Below, piece by piece: positions 23,528-35,734 of a DNA stretch of 37,957 nucleotides. Origin of the DNA: Chiloscyllium plagiosum (lineage: Eukaryota); contig NC_057719.1 of the NCBI RefSeq assembly GCF_004010195.1, positions 64,195,962 through 64,233,918 on the forward strand, in the 5' to 3' direction. The first letter of the stretch is position 1, and each line of letters opens with the position of its first letter. The position numbers and the translations under genes were made by a program. A model generated the notes under the pieces. The model ran no database searches. It was not told where the DNA came from and worked only from the letters and a program-made list of their open reading frames with translations.

Positions 23528-23720
23528 CTAGGAGAAAGTGAGGACTGCAGATGCTGGAGACCAGAGCTGAAAATGTGTTGCTGGAAAAGCGCAGCAGGTC
23601 AGGCAGCATCCAAGGAGCATCCAAGCCCTTCTTCAGGAAGGCTCATGCCCGAAACGTCGATTCTCCTGCTCCTTGAATGTTGCTTGACCTGCTGCGCTTT
23701 TCCAGCAACACATTTTCAGC
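23528..23720. mobile_element. PLE fold-back hairpin with small internal deletion
   Basis: Same family as 2362-2575; TSD cattgcataatatt at 23514-23527 and 23720-23733. Confidence 0.88.
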
Positions 23721-23779
23721 ATTGCATAATATTGTCTTATTGGCCTTCATGGGTAACACTCTGATTCAAGGCTTACTGG

Positions 23780-25260
23780 TTGCACTCCAGTCATGAATCT
23801 CAACTACATAATATGCATTTTTGTTTGGAGAACATGCACATGTTCTTAAGGAACATTCAATGGAAGGCCAAGAGCCAGAGAGAACAAGAGGCACAGACCA
23901 TATGGCACCATGTGTCTTTCACTCTCTTTCTTAGAATTGTTCTATTTATAAATATGAAAGTTTGATTAAGCCAGTATTTTGTTGAAAGTTGCTTCGCAAT
24001 AAGGTGCAATGAGGACTGGATAACACTGTTCCTTTTTGCTATTTTTTTGTGTCTCCAGATACAGCAGAAGAAACTGCAAAGAGGCCAATGAACTGCAAGC
24101 ACCATCCAATTTTGGCGCAAAGCTGGTCCTTTTTTTCTATCCTTTTCTCAAGGATACTGTGTCCTTGATTTTATTCCAGAGGGGTCGTAAAATAGTCTGG
24201 GTTCTGAATCACCTGGGTTGGTGCAGAGATTAAAAGGGTATTGGGAAGCCTTTTTGTTTACATGTAAACAGATGAGACTTTAGGCCACAACTTTCATGGT
24301 TTAGAAGTAACCTGTATAATGAAAGGGGAGTTGTCAGTCCTGGAAGCTGAAGTCTTGTTTGAGTCAGTTCAGCAGTGGGCAGTGTGGAAACAGGCTGCGA
24401 GACCCTCTTTCCATCAGCCCTTCTAACTGTGACCTGGAAGCCTCTGTTTCATTTTTACTGTGTTTAAGGGGTTTGTTTATTGGGACTGTATTTTTTGGAA
24501 CAGCATAATTAAGTCTAGTTTGGATAGACTAACTTCTGTGAGTATTCTGTTCTTTGTATTTCATTCTGTAATTTTGTGAATAAATTTTTGTCTGTTTTAA
24601 AACTTGGTAGTCAACCTAGTTAACTTACTCTGGGTAATTTTCACTGTACACTTACCAAAACAAATAGCAAAGGTACAGGCTGGGCTGCCTGCTTAAGAAT
24701 GTTTTGAGTGGTCTGGCCTAGTCCATAACACTTTGCATAAAATGTCAATCATTCCAAGTGACTCAGTATGTCAATTCGATGAGCCAGTGGCACAAGAAAA
24801 GGAGCCATCGTCTGGGAAATATTCTTTTCACTTTGATTCACAGCCAATGAAAGCAGGGATCCTAGACGGTCTAGCCTAGTTTTCAAAATAAGGATGCTTT
24901 TGAAAATTGAGATGATATAACGTGTGGAGGATTTTAAATGCCATCTAGGAGATATTGATATTCACCAGATGAAAGCTTTGAAGTTTATCATAGTGATGGA
25001 ATCAGACACACACCAGGAGGTGTTTCACAGGCAGTTGGTCTTCTAGAACTTGAATACTAGACTGCTGGAACCCCTTGGAAAATTATGGCTGTCCTTTGAG
25101 CTATGGCCTTCCTGTCTCTTTGAAAAGCAATGACAACTAAAAAGAAAAGCAAGGGTGAGCAAAGAGTTACAGTTAAGAAAAAACACTGAGTATCTTGTGC
25201 ATCCTGGTGGTGAGATTCAGGTCAAGATGTTTGGTAGATCCTCAAAACAAACCCCTCAGA
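23780..25260 (+). pseudogene. Tentative fossil SWIM + YqaJ-like exonuclease ORF of a DNA transposon, split by an LTR
   Basis: Ordered decayed motifs: CTC..G (23835), WHHV (23903), SCF..C..W, PMKAG, and in one frame TCGGF*...YSPDE...VGLLELEY (24920-25057), then EIQVKM (25212). Confidence 0.35.
24113..24730 (+). mobile_element. Probable solo LTR
   Basis: Ends ...gtccataaca, AATAAA at about 24579, LTR-like composition. The 5' boundary is uncertain. Confidence 0.5.
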
Positions 25261-26168
25261 ATTTAATTATTTGTCCTCCAATGTAGAAGAGAATGTGGTT
25301 GTCATAAGGAAGGTGGTAGGGTGGGGGCTGGGAGGGGAGGTGTGGAAATGGTGGCAGGGAGCTGAATTTTACTTAACGCATAGGATTAAGAAGGTTCAGT
25401 CCCTGGGAGCATCTGAAATGACTGTTGTAGCTGCAAAAAATTCATGATGGTTTTTGTTTAGACATTCTCTGGCTGACTTTCACTGAAGGGCAGTCTCTGA
25501 TTTGTCTACACATTTAAGTTGCTGCAGGAGTCCCCCTATAATGTTCTTAATTATGGATATGATGAGGTATGCACCTCTGTAGTCCACTGGGCTCTAGTGA
25601 TGTTAAAGAGGGATCATAAGTTAAGCCAGTAGTTAGTATCCTTCATAACTCAGGAATGGTGGTGTTGAGTTGTAGAGTAATATGAATGCATCATGACTGC
25701 TGTTGATACGTTTATGTGGAGCAAATTGTGCAGATTATCACACGTGAATTGAACATTGAAGCAAAAACTGTTAGTGAGTTCAGGAAAGGAAAACTGGCAC
25801 ATCCACTGAGATATTTAGCAAGTGTTTGAAAGCAGTGACAGGGAGTGACAGGATAGAAGTATCGATTATGAGAGTTCCAGCAGTGGAAGCAGTGATGAAG
25901 GAGCATCAAATTTGATTTTTGGAACATTTAAGAGCTCACTTTAGTTTATTTGATTAAATTAACATGGTTTAAATTGAGTTGTTTGGCTGCAATGTGGAGG
26001 ACATTACTTCGCTCATTGCAATGCATCGTAACAAACATCAGAATGGAAAATGAAACAAAAATTGGCAATGAACACGGCAGGTATGGTTGAATATAAATAT
26101 TGACAATTTCCGATAAAAGAACTGTGAATGTGAAACTGCAAGTGTGAACTTGTTCATAATTGAATTAA

Positions 26169-26379
26169 GGGGAGAAAGTGAGGACTGCAGATGCTGGAGA
26201 TCAGAGCTGAAAATGTGTTGCTGGAAAAGCGCAGCAGGTCAGGCAGCATCCAAGGAGCAGGAGAATCGACGTTTCGGGCATGAGCCTTCCTGAAGAAGGG
26301 CTCATGCCCGAAACGTCGATTCTCCTGCTCCTTGGATGCTGCCTAACCTACTGCGCTTTTCCAGCAACACATTTTCAGC
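26169..26379. mobile_element. PLE fold-back hairpin with intact hammerhead core (26290-26317)
   Basis: Near-perfect inverted arms; CTGAAGAagggctcatgcccGAAAcgTC; TSD cataattgaattaa at 26155-26168 and 26380-26393. Confidence 0.9.
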
Positions 26380-27079
26380 CATAATTGAATTAATACAGAT
26401 TTCTAAAGTGTGATGGATAATCTTTTAATTATTTATCCAGTGTTCAAATTTCTTGGAGTCAAAATTGCAGATTTATTCAAACTGCTGAATGGATAGATAT
26501 TAGAAGAAAAAATGCTACACTATAAAGAGATTTTACTATATGCTTTCATTTAAACCTGCTTTTAAACAGATGAAAATCCAGAAAATCTGATAATCTATAA
26601 TCTGCTGTTTTTATGATATCTGGCTGGAAAAGCAAAATCCTGTTTTACACAATGATGAGATCATTTCACACAAGAAACAGATACACTGTAAAGTGTAATA
26701 CTTACATTACTTCACCGTACATTATAGTCATGGAATTCCTTGGAAATGCCACTGATCACCCATTCGAACTCCAACACAATCAGCAAGGACATGACAGCGA
26801 CTGTCTATCGTCTAAATTTTCCAGAGATTAGTATTTCCAAGATTTTCTTTATTGCCTTGTAAAAGATAGAACTTTTTATTTTCCCACTAAATGAATGGCA
26901 GACTTAGTTGTGCCAAGGGTTTTCTCTTCTAGGATTAGAAGGGAACCAGGAGTGCAATAGTGACCAGTATCAATGAGATGAAACATACCTGTGCCCCAAG
27001 GATAAACAACAGCCTCACTAGTGGCCTGTTTTCCTGAAGAACTGAAAGCGACTTTTAGCCAGGATGTAACTTGATTGAC

Positions 27080-30000
27080 CTTAATGCTTGGGGTTGATTT
27101 GAATCATTGCTGAGCACGTGGATGATAGTGCTGGGAACATGATTTGGAAAATTCCAGGGTTTTGATGTTTCAGGCAAGATAGAGGAGGATGTAAAATTGG
27201 TGGGGGGAGTTTGCATTACTAATTAAGTAGAATGAATAGCTGCACTAAGAGAGGATATCTTTCAGGGCTCATCCAGGAAGGCTATATGGGGAATTCAGGA
27301 ATAGAAAAGGTGCAATCACTGTAATGGAGTTACACTATAGGCTTTCCAATAGAAAATGGGAGATAGAGGAACAGATATGGAGGCAAATCATGGAAAGATC
27401 TCAAAACAACAGGTTGGTTATAGTGGGTGATTTTAACTTTCCCAATATTGACCAAGACTCCCTTAGTGCATGGCTTTAGATGGGGCATCATTCGTTAGGT
27501 GCATCCAAGAGGGTTTATTGAAACAGTACATAGATTGTCCAACTGCGGAAGGAGCTGTGTTAGACATTGACTGTGGCTGACCAGGTGATCAAAGTTTTAG
27601 TGGGGGAGCATTTTGAGAACAGATCATAATTCTGTAACTTTTAAAATAGTTATGGATAAGGTTATGACTTGTCTAATGGTCAAAGAGCTAAACTGGGAGA
27701 AGACTAATTACAACAGTATTAGACAGGAACTGGAAAAATTAGATTGGGGCAGCTATTTGAAGGTGAATCCACATCTGACATATGGGAATCTTTTAATGTC
27801 TGTTGATCAGAGGTCCAGACCATATTGTTCCTGAGACTGAATGATGAGGATCAAAAGATCGGCAACTGTGGGTGACAAGTGATGTTGAAAATTTAGTCAA
27901 ACATGAAAAAGAAAGGTAAGTAAAGCTTAGAAAACTAAAATAAGACCATGTCCTTGAGGAATATAAAAGTTGCAGGAAATGCAAGGAATTGGAAGCACTA
28001 AAAAGAGCTTTAAAATGTTTTTGGCTAGTTGGATTAAGGAAAGTCCCAAGGCATTTTAGATGTATATTAGGAACAAGAAGGTAGCTATAGGAAGGCTAGA
28101 TCCACACAAGAAAAAAGGACAGAATTCATGCATGGAGCCAGAAGAAGTGGGTGAGGTCCTTAATGAGTATTTCGTGTTGGTATTCTACAAGGAGAAGTCA
28201 TGGATGATGGTAAGATTAGAGAAAGGTATGTTGATATTCTGGGGCATGTTGATGTTAAGAAGGATGAAGTCTTGGGTGCTTGAAAAACATTAAAAAGGAT
28301 AAGTTCCCAGGTCTGATAGGATTTATCCCAGAATACTGAGGGTGGTAAGGGGGGAGATTGTCTTGACAGAGATCTTTGTATCCTCTTTAGCCACAGGAGT
28401 CTTCACAGAACACTGGAGAACAGTTGATGCTGTTCCTTTGTTTAAGGAGGGCAACATGGATAGTCCAGGAAATTATTAGCTGGTGAGCCTTACATCAGTG
28501 TATTGGAGAAGATTATTAAGGACAAGATTTACTCACATTTGAAAAAGAATGGGCTTATTAGGGATAGTCAGAGGAGGTCTTAGCTCAAACATTTCATTGA
28601 GTTTTTTGAGGAAGTCATGAAGGTGATTGATGAGGAGAAGGCAATGGATGTTCTACTAAAGCATTTGACAATGTCCCTCATGGTAGGCTGGTCCAGAAGA
28701 TTAAGTCACATAGGATCCACGGTGAGTTTATAAATTTCATACAAAATTGGCTTGGTCATAGAAGACAGATATTAGTTGTGGAGGGGTGTTTTTCTGATTA
28801 GAGACCTGTGACCAGTTGGTTCTGCAAGGATCAGTGCTGGAATCTCTGTTTGTAATATATTTATATGCATATATATAAATGATTTGGATGAAAATGTTTG
28901 TGGTTTGATGATAAATTTGCAGTTGACACAAAAATTGGTGGAGCTGTGGATAGAGAAGAAGGTTATCAAAGGATACGGCAGGAAATAGATCAGTTGGAAA
29001 ATTGGGCAGAGAAATGGCAGATGAAGTTTAATTCAGACAAATGTGACATCATAGAGTCATAGAGACGTACAGCACGGAAACAGACCCTTCGGTCCAACTT
29101 GTCCATGCTGACCAGATATCTCAACCCAACCTAGGTTCACCTGCCAGCACTTGGCCCATATCCATCTAAACCCTTTTATTCATATACCCATCCAGATGCT
29201 TCTTAAATGTTGTTAAATTACCAGACTCCACCACTTCCTCTGACAGCTCATTCCATACACGTACCACCCTCTGTGTAAAAACATTGACCCTTAGGTCTCT
29301 TTTATATCTTTCCCCTCTCACCTTAAACCTAAGCTCTCTAGTTCTGGACTCTGCCACCCCAGGGGAGAGATTTTGTCTATTTATCCTATCCATGCCCCTC
29401 ATGATTTTATAAAACTCTATAAGGTCACCCCATAGCCTCAGATGCTCCAGTCCCAGCCTATTCAACCTCTCCCTACGGCTCAAATCCTCCAACCCAGGCA
29501 ACATCCTTGTAAATCTTTTCTGAACCCTTTCAAGTTTCACAACATCTTTCCGATAGGAAGGAGACCAGAATTGCATGCAATATTCCAACAGTGGCCTAAC
29601 CAATGTCCTGTACAGCTGCAACACGACCACCCAACTCCTGTACTCAAAACTCTGACCAATAAAGGAAAGCATACCAAACACCTTCTTCACTATCCTATCT
29701 ACCTGCGACTCCACTTTCAATGAGTTATGATCCTGTACTCCTACGTTTCTTTGTTTAGCAACGTTCCCTAGGACCTTACCATTAAGTGCATAAGTCCTGC
29801 TAAGATTTGCTTTCCCAAAATGCAGCACCTTGCACCTTGCATTTTGGGAGGTCAAATGCAAAAGGAAACTATACAATAAATGGCAGGATCCTTAGAAACA
29901 TTGATATAATGAGAAATCTTGGGGTGCAACTCCATAGCTCCCTGAAAGCACCAATAATAGTGGATAAGGTGGTAAAGAAGGCAGGCTTGCCTTCATCAGT

Positions 30001-30595
30001 TAGGCCATTAAATATAAAAGTTGGCAAGTCATGTTGCAGCTATATAAAACTTTAGTTAGATCACACTTGGAATATTACATGCTGAACTGGTCACCACACC
30101 AGAAGGATGTGGAGGCCTTGGAGAGGGTACAAAAGAGATTTACCAGATTGTTGCCTGGAATGGAGTGTATTAGCTATAAGGAGAGGTTGGACAAACCTGG
30201 ATTGTTTTTGCCAGAGTATCGGAAGCTGAAGGGCAACCTGATAGAACTATATATGAAGATGTGAGAGGTATGGAAAGGATGGTCAGAGGTGTTTTGAGGG
30301 TGTAAATGTCAAGTACTAAGGGGCATAGGTTTAAGGTGAGGGGGGAAAAGTTTAGAGGAGTGTGTGAGGCAAGCTTTTCATTAAGAGGTTAGTAGATGTC
30401 CACAACATGCTGTCAGAAGAAGTGGCAAAAGCAGCTATAATAGCAACGTTTGAGAAGTATTTAGACAGACACATGAACAAGCAAGAAATAATGGGAAATT
30501 GAACCATGTGAAGGCAGATTTGATTTATTTGGAATGGCACCAAGGTTGACACAGACATGATGGGCCTCTTCCTGTGCTGTACTGTTCTATGATCT
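27080..30595 (+). mobile_element. Old near full-length CR1 ORF2 plus 3' UTR, interrupted at 29049-29832
   Basis: IPGF.CFRQDR..GGG, VIVGDFNFPNID, TDHNSVTF, VLNEYF, KAFDNVPHGRL, QGSVL, YINDLD, KFAVDTKIG, WAEKWQMKFN, LQLYKTLVR, ERVQKRFTR. Confidence 0.9.
29049..29832 (-). mobile_element. Younger 5'-truncated CR1 in antisense
   Basis: Open frame inside ORF 29166-29876 (CKVLHFGKAN...ERVQKRFTRMLPG...VWNEL); tail repeat ctctatgactctatg. Confidence 0.93.
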
Positions 30596-30649
30596 GAAAG
30601 AAAGGTTTTTGCGCAATAGGTTGTGAATCTTTTGAATTCTATTTATATG

Positions 30650-30830
30650 TATTGGCCATGCTATATTGCTCTGTGATTTGCAGGAATGTGCAAGCTAGGT
30701 GAGTTAGCCATGGTAAGTGTGGGATCACAGGGTTAGGGTGGGGAATTGAATCTGGGCTAGATGATCTTTGATGGTCAGTGCAGACTCGATGTGTCAAATG
30801 GCTTATTTTTGCATGTAGGGATTCTGTATG
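30650..30830 (+). mobile_element. V-SINE 3' half, old
   Basis: attggccatgcta..ttagccatggtaagtgtgggat..gtgcagactcgatg..tgtagggattct. Confidence 0.65.
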
Positions 30831-32139
30831 CTCATGGCTATGGTTAACATTGTCTTCAGAAAGTCAACTGGTTTCCTGGGACACAATCCTTTGGAACAGC
30901 TTGCTTTAGGTGGGAAACCAACTGAGTCTGTTTAATAAGGCTTTGGTATTGTTTTAGAAATTAAGGCCTGGATCACCAGCAAAGTAATTAACCAAATATT
31001 AGGCTTTGCAGACTATATATTGGGCTCATGCCATCAGGCTTTATAAAGTCTGTATGTTTATGCTTCATGTATTGCATTTCTTCTTCTGCAGAATGTCATT
31101 TACTGTTGTAGTATATGAACCTCCAGCAATCTTTAGCAAGCTTAGGTAAACAAAATGTACTTGCTGTCTTAAATATAGCTTGCAAATCACCATGACTCCA
31201 AGTGCTCATGTGGGAGACTCCATTAATTGCATTGTTTTGTCTTCTCTTTTCATTAATTAATGTTAAATTTTACACAATTCAAGTAGTTGTAAATAACAAT
31301 GCGTCCTACTGATTGCTACCTGTATACTGAATAAGATCCTTTTGTCTTTATGTGGGGAAGGTGAGTCAAATAGAATCAATGAATAAGCTGACTGTTGTGT
31401 TCATGTGACTACTTGTAATCAAAATCTAATCATGTAAAGTTTGTTTATCTGGGGTACATTGAGTTGTTGAGATGTCAAGGTATGTGTGTTTGTCACTGTA
31501 GACGGAGGCTGAACTTGCTGATTGTGATTGATGCTACCATTGCAACACTGCCAATTGAGACAAAAAAATCCATAGGATTTGTTCTATGTCCGGCCCAGCA
31601 ACCAAATCTTCAGAAAATAATGTTTATAATTTATTCACTTGACTTATAGAAATAATTTGTGTATAACTACCTGTTTATTTAGAAACAAGCTATAATCCTC
31701 AAAAAAAGCCATAAAAAGGACTGCTTTTCATCAGTGTTAAATGTTGACTTAACAATATAATAAATCTTTCCCAATGTTGCAGTTCACTGTTCCAATAGTT
31801 TCTTTGACGTGTTGAAATAGGACTCCAAGCACAAAATTATGCCCATATTACAATCTTCAAAGACTCACGAAAAGATTTGAAAATGGTTTCCGTGATTACG
31901 GAGGCTTAGAAAGAGTTCAAATTGGTATGCAGTGCAAACACTGCATGGTAAATTATTTACTGAATAATCTTTCTTTCTTTTGTACAATTGAATATTTTGT
32001 AAGTGAGTTCAGAATTATGAGGACAACTTCATCAAATTCCATTAAGACTGATAATATCCCTTACAGAAACTTACAAGTCTTTATGAACTGATGCTGAATC
32101 CAATTCCAGGTATTAGCGCTATATGTAAACAAATATAAA

Positions 32140-32430
32140 TTGCCTCTTCTGAGTCAAATTGTTAGATATCCAAGATCCATTCCTGGACTTGAGCAAAAGA
32201 CTGACATGGCATAAAGAACTCAACTGAGAGTAATCAGATCTTACTGAATGATATAAAAGGATTAACGATCCTTACTCCTCCACCTAATTTGTGTGTTCAA
32301 ATGTTAATGTTGCATTGTTCGACATGTTATCTTTCAGATGAGATGAGATATTAAATTTACTGTTCAGATAGAAGGAAAAACTATAGCACTGGGGAGTTTA
32401 TGAGTGAAGAACAATATTCTACGTGTAAAG
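32140..32430 (+). mobile_element. Decayed Deu-type SINE fragments
   Basis: cctcttctgagtca..gacttgagc head and gttgcattgtt..atctttcagatgagat core. Confidence 0.35.
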
Positions 32431-32684
32431 TTGTGTCTATTGCAGATTTATAATAAGTTGTGTAATTTATACATGTATTAAGATAATTATATTTTGTATT
32501 TTAAATCAGTGGCATATTGGTTTTGGTCTGTGCATATGAAGCAATTTAATGATTAACATGTCAATATTTCTGGAGTCATAATTTTAAAAACCGTATGTGT
32601 GAGAGGGCATACCCTGGAATGATAAAGAAAATTTGTTTGCATTCCCTGCCCAAGATCTGAAATGGATTATTGTGTCACTTTTGC

Positions 32685-33330
32685 CTTTATACCAAAATTA
32701 TACTTTATTCATAAAATTTGTAATGATTAGAATCCCTGCAGAATGGAAACAGGCCCTTCGGCCCAATAAGTCCACACCAACCCTCTGAAGAGTAACCCAC
32801 CCAGACCTATTCCCCTACCCTAAATTTACCCCTGACTAACGCACCTAACACTATTGGCAATTTCGCATGACCAATTCACCTAACCTGCACCCAGAGGAAA
32901 CCCACGCAGACACGGTGAGAATGTGCAAACTCCACACAGACAGTCGCCCAAGATGGGACTCGAACCGGGATCCCTGGTGCTGTGAGGAAGCAGTGTTAAC
33001 TACTGAGTCACCATGCCGTGCCCAAGTGATAAATTATGACGAGAAATATGCAAATAAGAGGTCAACTTATTTCAGTAAATTATTTAGTTCTCTGAGGTAT
33101 CTTACTAGATTTCCCCTTACAGAATATGTTTACAATGCACATTTATATTTTATGTCAAACATTCTCTGGTTTACGGCCTCTTGAAACAGGGGAGGTGGGC
33201 CTGATACTGCAGTCTTTCCTCATTGATTACTCGTGCTGGCTATTCCAAACTTTAGCCTGTCCCTCAGCCTTCAGCATATAATCCTGGAGTTTGAAATATA
33301 TTTGCCTGGGTCAAGTGGTCAACAGAGCTT
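32685..33330 (-). mobile_element. Old Tx1/L1 3' remnant split by a SINE
   Basis: atactttattcataaa matches 10336-10349; ccaaactttagcctgtccctcagc resembles 10591-10615. Confidence 0.5.
32725..33023 (-). mobile_element. V-SINE (HE1-like), near full length
   Basis: Same head, core and tail as 1338-1640; B box ggttcgagtccc. Confidence 0.9.
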
Positions 33331-33459
33331 TGCACAATGAGCCCAGTGTGGTGTCTTGTTGTCCTCACAGTTTAAATAATCAGACTGATCCCAGGAGCTG
33401 ACATTAAATGTCTTTCTTAAATCTAACCATGTGCTCCAGAACAAATCAGTTCCGTGGAG

Positions 33460-34110
33460 TAATAAAAACAAAAATTGCAGATGCTGGAGAATGAAAATCA
33501 AAGCAGAAAGTGGGAGAGAAATTTGGCAGATCTGGCAGCAACTAAAGAGAGACAAATAGAGTTAATATTTTAAATCAAATAACTCTTCTTTGGAATTGAA
33601 TGGGGCAGGAAAATTAAAGCTTTTATGCTGTTGACACAGCAAAGGAGAAGCAAATGGAACAGATGGTGAAAGTACCCAGAGCAAAAGAAAAAAGGTATTA
33701 TTAATGATAGTAGAGAGATCTAAATACAAATTAGCTGTAAATAGTTGTAAATCGTTTAGCTTTGCTGAAAACAAAATGTCAGCATGAGAGCACATTCCTG
33801 TTCTACGTTTCAGTGAGAAACAGCACTTCATTTTCCACTTACCTTCAGAACTCAACACTGGGTTCATCAACTTCAGAGCATGAACACTATCCTCAATCTT
33901 ATTACAATCCCCAGCCCCCAGTGTCTTGTTTGCAAGAGTTTGCAATCAGTAAAGCTGAACCTTGTTTTTACTGTTTACACCTGCCATTAACACCTATTTT
34001 ACATCGAGATCTCTCTCCTCCCGCTACTACCATTAGCACTATTTGTCTTTTGCTCTGGGCACGCTCACCACCCACCTGTTCCTCCTGCCCCTTTATCAAC
34101 AGCATAAAAG
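33460..34110. mobile_element. Old PLE with inverted pLTR arrangement
   Basis: 33460-33700 is an antisense pLTR. 33800-34110 is sense (EKQHFIFHL). tcaacagcataaaag (34096) is the reverse complement of cttttatgctgttga (33620). Confidence 0.55.
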
Positions 34111-34515
34111 AGTTGAAAAGTGTGGCGCTGGAAAAGCACAGCAGGGCAGGCAGCATCCAAGCAGAAGAGTTGATATTTTGGGCATAAGCCCTTCATCAGG
34201 AAAGTGAAGGGAGAAGGGGGCCTGGGGAGAAGGTAACTGGGAAGGCCATATGTGGATGCAGGTGAGGGTGTAATTGTGATAGGTTGGTGGGGAAAGTGGA
34301 GTGGATAGGCGGGAAGGAAGATGGACAGGTGGAACAGGTCAAGAGGGCGTTGCTAAATTGGAGGGTTGCATCTGGAATGAGGTGGTGGGAGGGAGACTAG
34401 AGAAGTCGATGCTGATGCCACGTGGTTGAAGGGTTCCAAGGTGGGAGATGAAGTATTCTTCCTCCAGTTGTCAGGTGGCTTGGATTTGGTGGTGGAGGAG
34501 GCCTAGCACTTGCAT
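34110..34515 (-). mobile_element. PLE 3' end with GIY-YIG C-terminus
   Basis: Reverse translation MQVLGLLHHQIQAT*QLEEEYFISHLGTLQPRGISIDF; pLTR with decayed CTGATGA core. Confidence 0.85.
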
Positions 34516-34925
34516 AGGCAAAAGTGAAGACTGCAGATGCTGGAAATCGAAGTCTAGATTAGAGTGGTGCTGGAAAAGCACAGCAGGTCAAGCAGCAACC
34601 GAGGAGTAGGAAAATCGATGTTTCGGGCAAAAGCCCTTCATCAGGAATGAAGGCAGGGAGTCTCCGGGATAGAGAGATAAATGGAAGTGGGGTGGGGCTG
34701 GGGAGAAGGTAGCAGAGAGTGCGATAGGTGGGTGGGGTTGGGATGAAGGTGATAGTCAGAGAGGAGGGTGGAGCGGATAGGTGGGAAGGAAGACTGGCAG
34801 GTAGGGCAGGTCATGAGGATGATGCTGAGCTGAAAGGTTGGAACTGGGGTAAGGTGGGGGGGGAGGGGAAATGAGGAAACTGGTGAAGTCCACCCTCCTC
34901 TCTGACCTATCACCTTAATCCCCTA
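34516..34925 (-). mobile_element. PLE pLTR (second subfamily) with short inverted piece at 34891-34925
   Basis: Reverse strand CTGATGAagggcttttgcccGAAAcaTC at 34617-34644. ccctcctctctgacctatcacctt is the inverse of about 34746-34768. Confidence 0.85.
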
Positions 34926-34939
34926 TCACCTACCCTAAA

Positions 34940-35100
34940 CATAACCTAACTGGCACCCTTTCACCTTGCCCAGTTGGCATCCTACTTACATAGCACCCTA
35001 TAGCTTAACCTGCTGGCACTCTACTTACTTGGCATATTAACCTGTGCTTATCTGGCATCCTACGCCCTAGCACCTACTTTATCCAACTGTCATCCTATCT
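34940..35100. repeat. Degenerate minisatellite with core (c/t)tggca(c/t)cct
   Basis: About eight imperfect units spaced roughly 15-25 bp apart. Confidence 0.55.
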
Positions 35101-35280
35101 TTCTAGCAGTTATCAAACTGGCCATCAGGACCTTTAAATTTCAGAATATGACAACTAACTGCTGTTAATAGGGGGTAACTCGCTGATCCTAACAGTTTTG
35201 TACTTGGAAAGAACTGTTAAACTGGAACTATGACTCTGCATTTCTGAAAGAACCCAGAGGGGTTTAATTGTCAGCTCTCT

Positions 35281-35632
35281 CGGTTGAGGTGTGACCTTGT
35301 AGAGGTTTATAAAATCATGAGGGACATAGATAAGGTGAACAGCAAAGATCTTTTCCCTACAGTAGGGAGGTTCAAAACTAGGGGGCATAGTTTTAAGGTG
35401 AGAGGAGAAGGATTTAAAAAGAACCAGGGAATCAACATTTTTACACAGAGTGTAGTTACTGTGTTGAAAGAACTGCCACAGGAAGCGGTGGATGCAGGAA
35501 CAGTTACATTTAACAGGAAAGGTTTGGAGGGATATGGGCCAAACTCAGGCAGGTGGGACTAGTTTAGTTTGAGAACATGGTCAGCATGGACTGGTTGGAG
35601 CGAAGGTTCTGTTTCCATGCTGTAAGACTCTC
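35281..35632 (+). mobile_element. CR1 3' end
   Basis: RLRCDLVEVYKIMRDID..KTRGHSFKVRGE; 3' UTR ctgtttccatgctgtaagactc. Confidence 0.88.
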
Positions 35633-35734
35633 ATTTTGTATTGAAAAAAGGTCTAGTTGTCATTGTCCTGGAAACTTTGGTCCAAATGTTGGTAACCGTT
35701 TTCCAATAATATAACCACCAAGAGCGGTAATATG

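Noticed and set aside
31092..31145. Possible small exon (pyrimidine tract-CAG ... AG/GTAAAC)
   Set aside because: The donor is weak, the peptide is unrecognisable and there are no partner exons.
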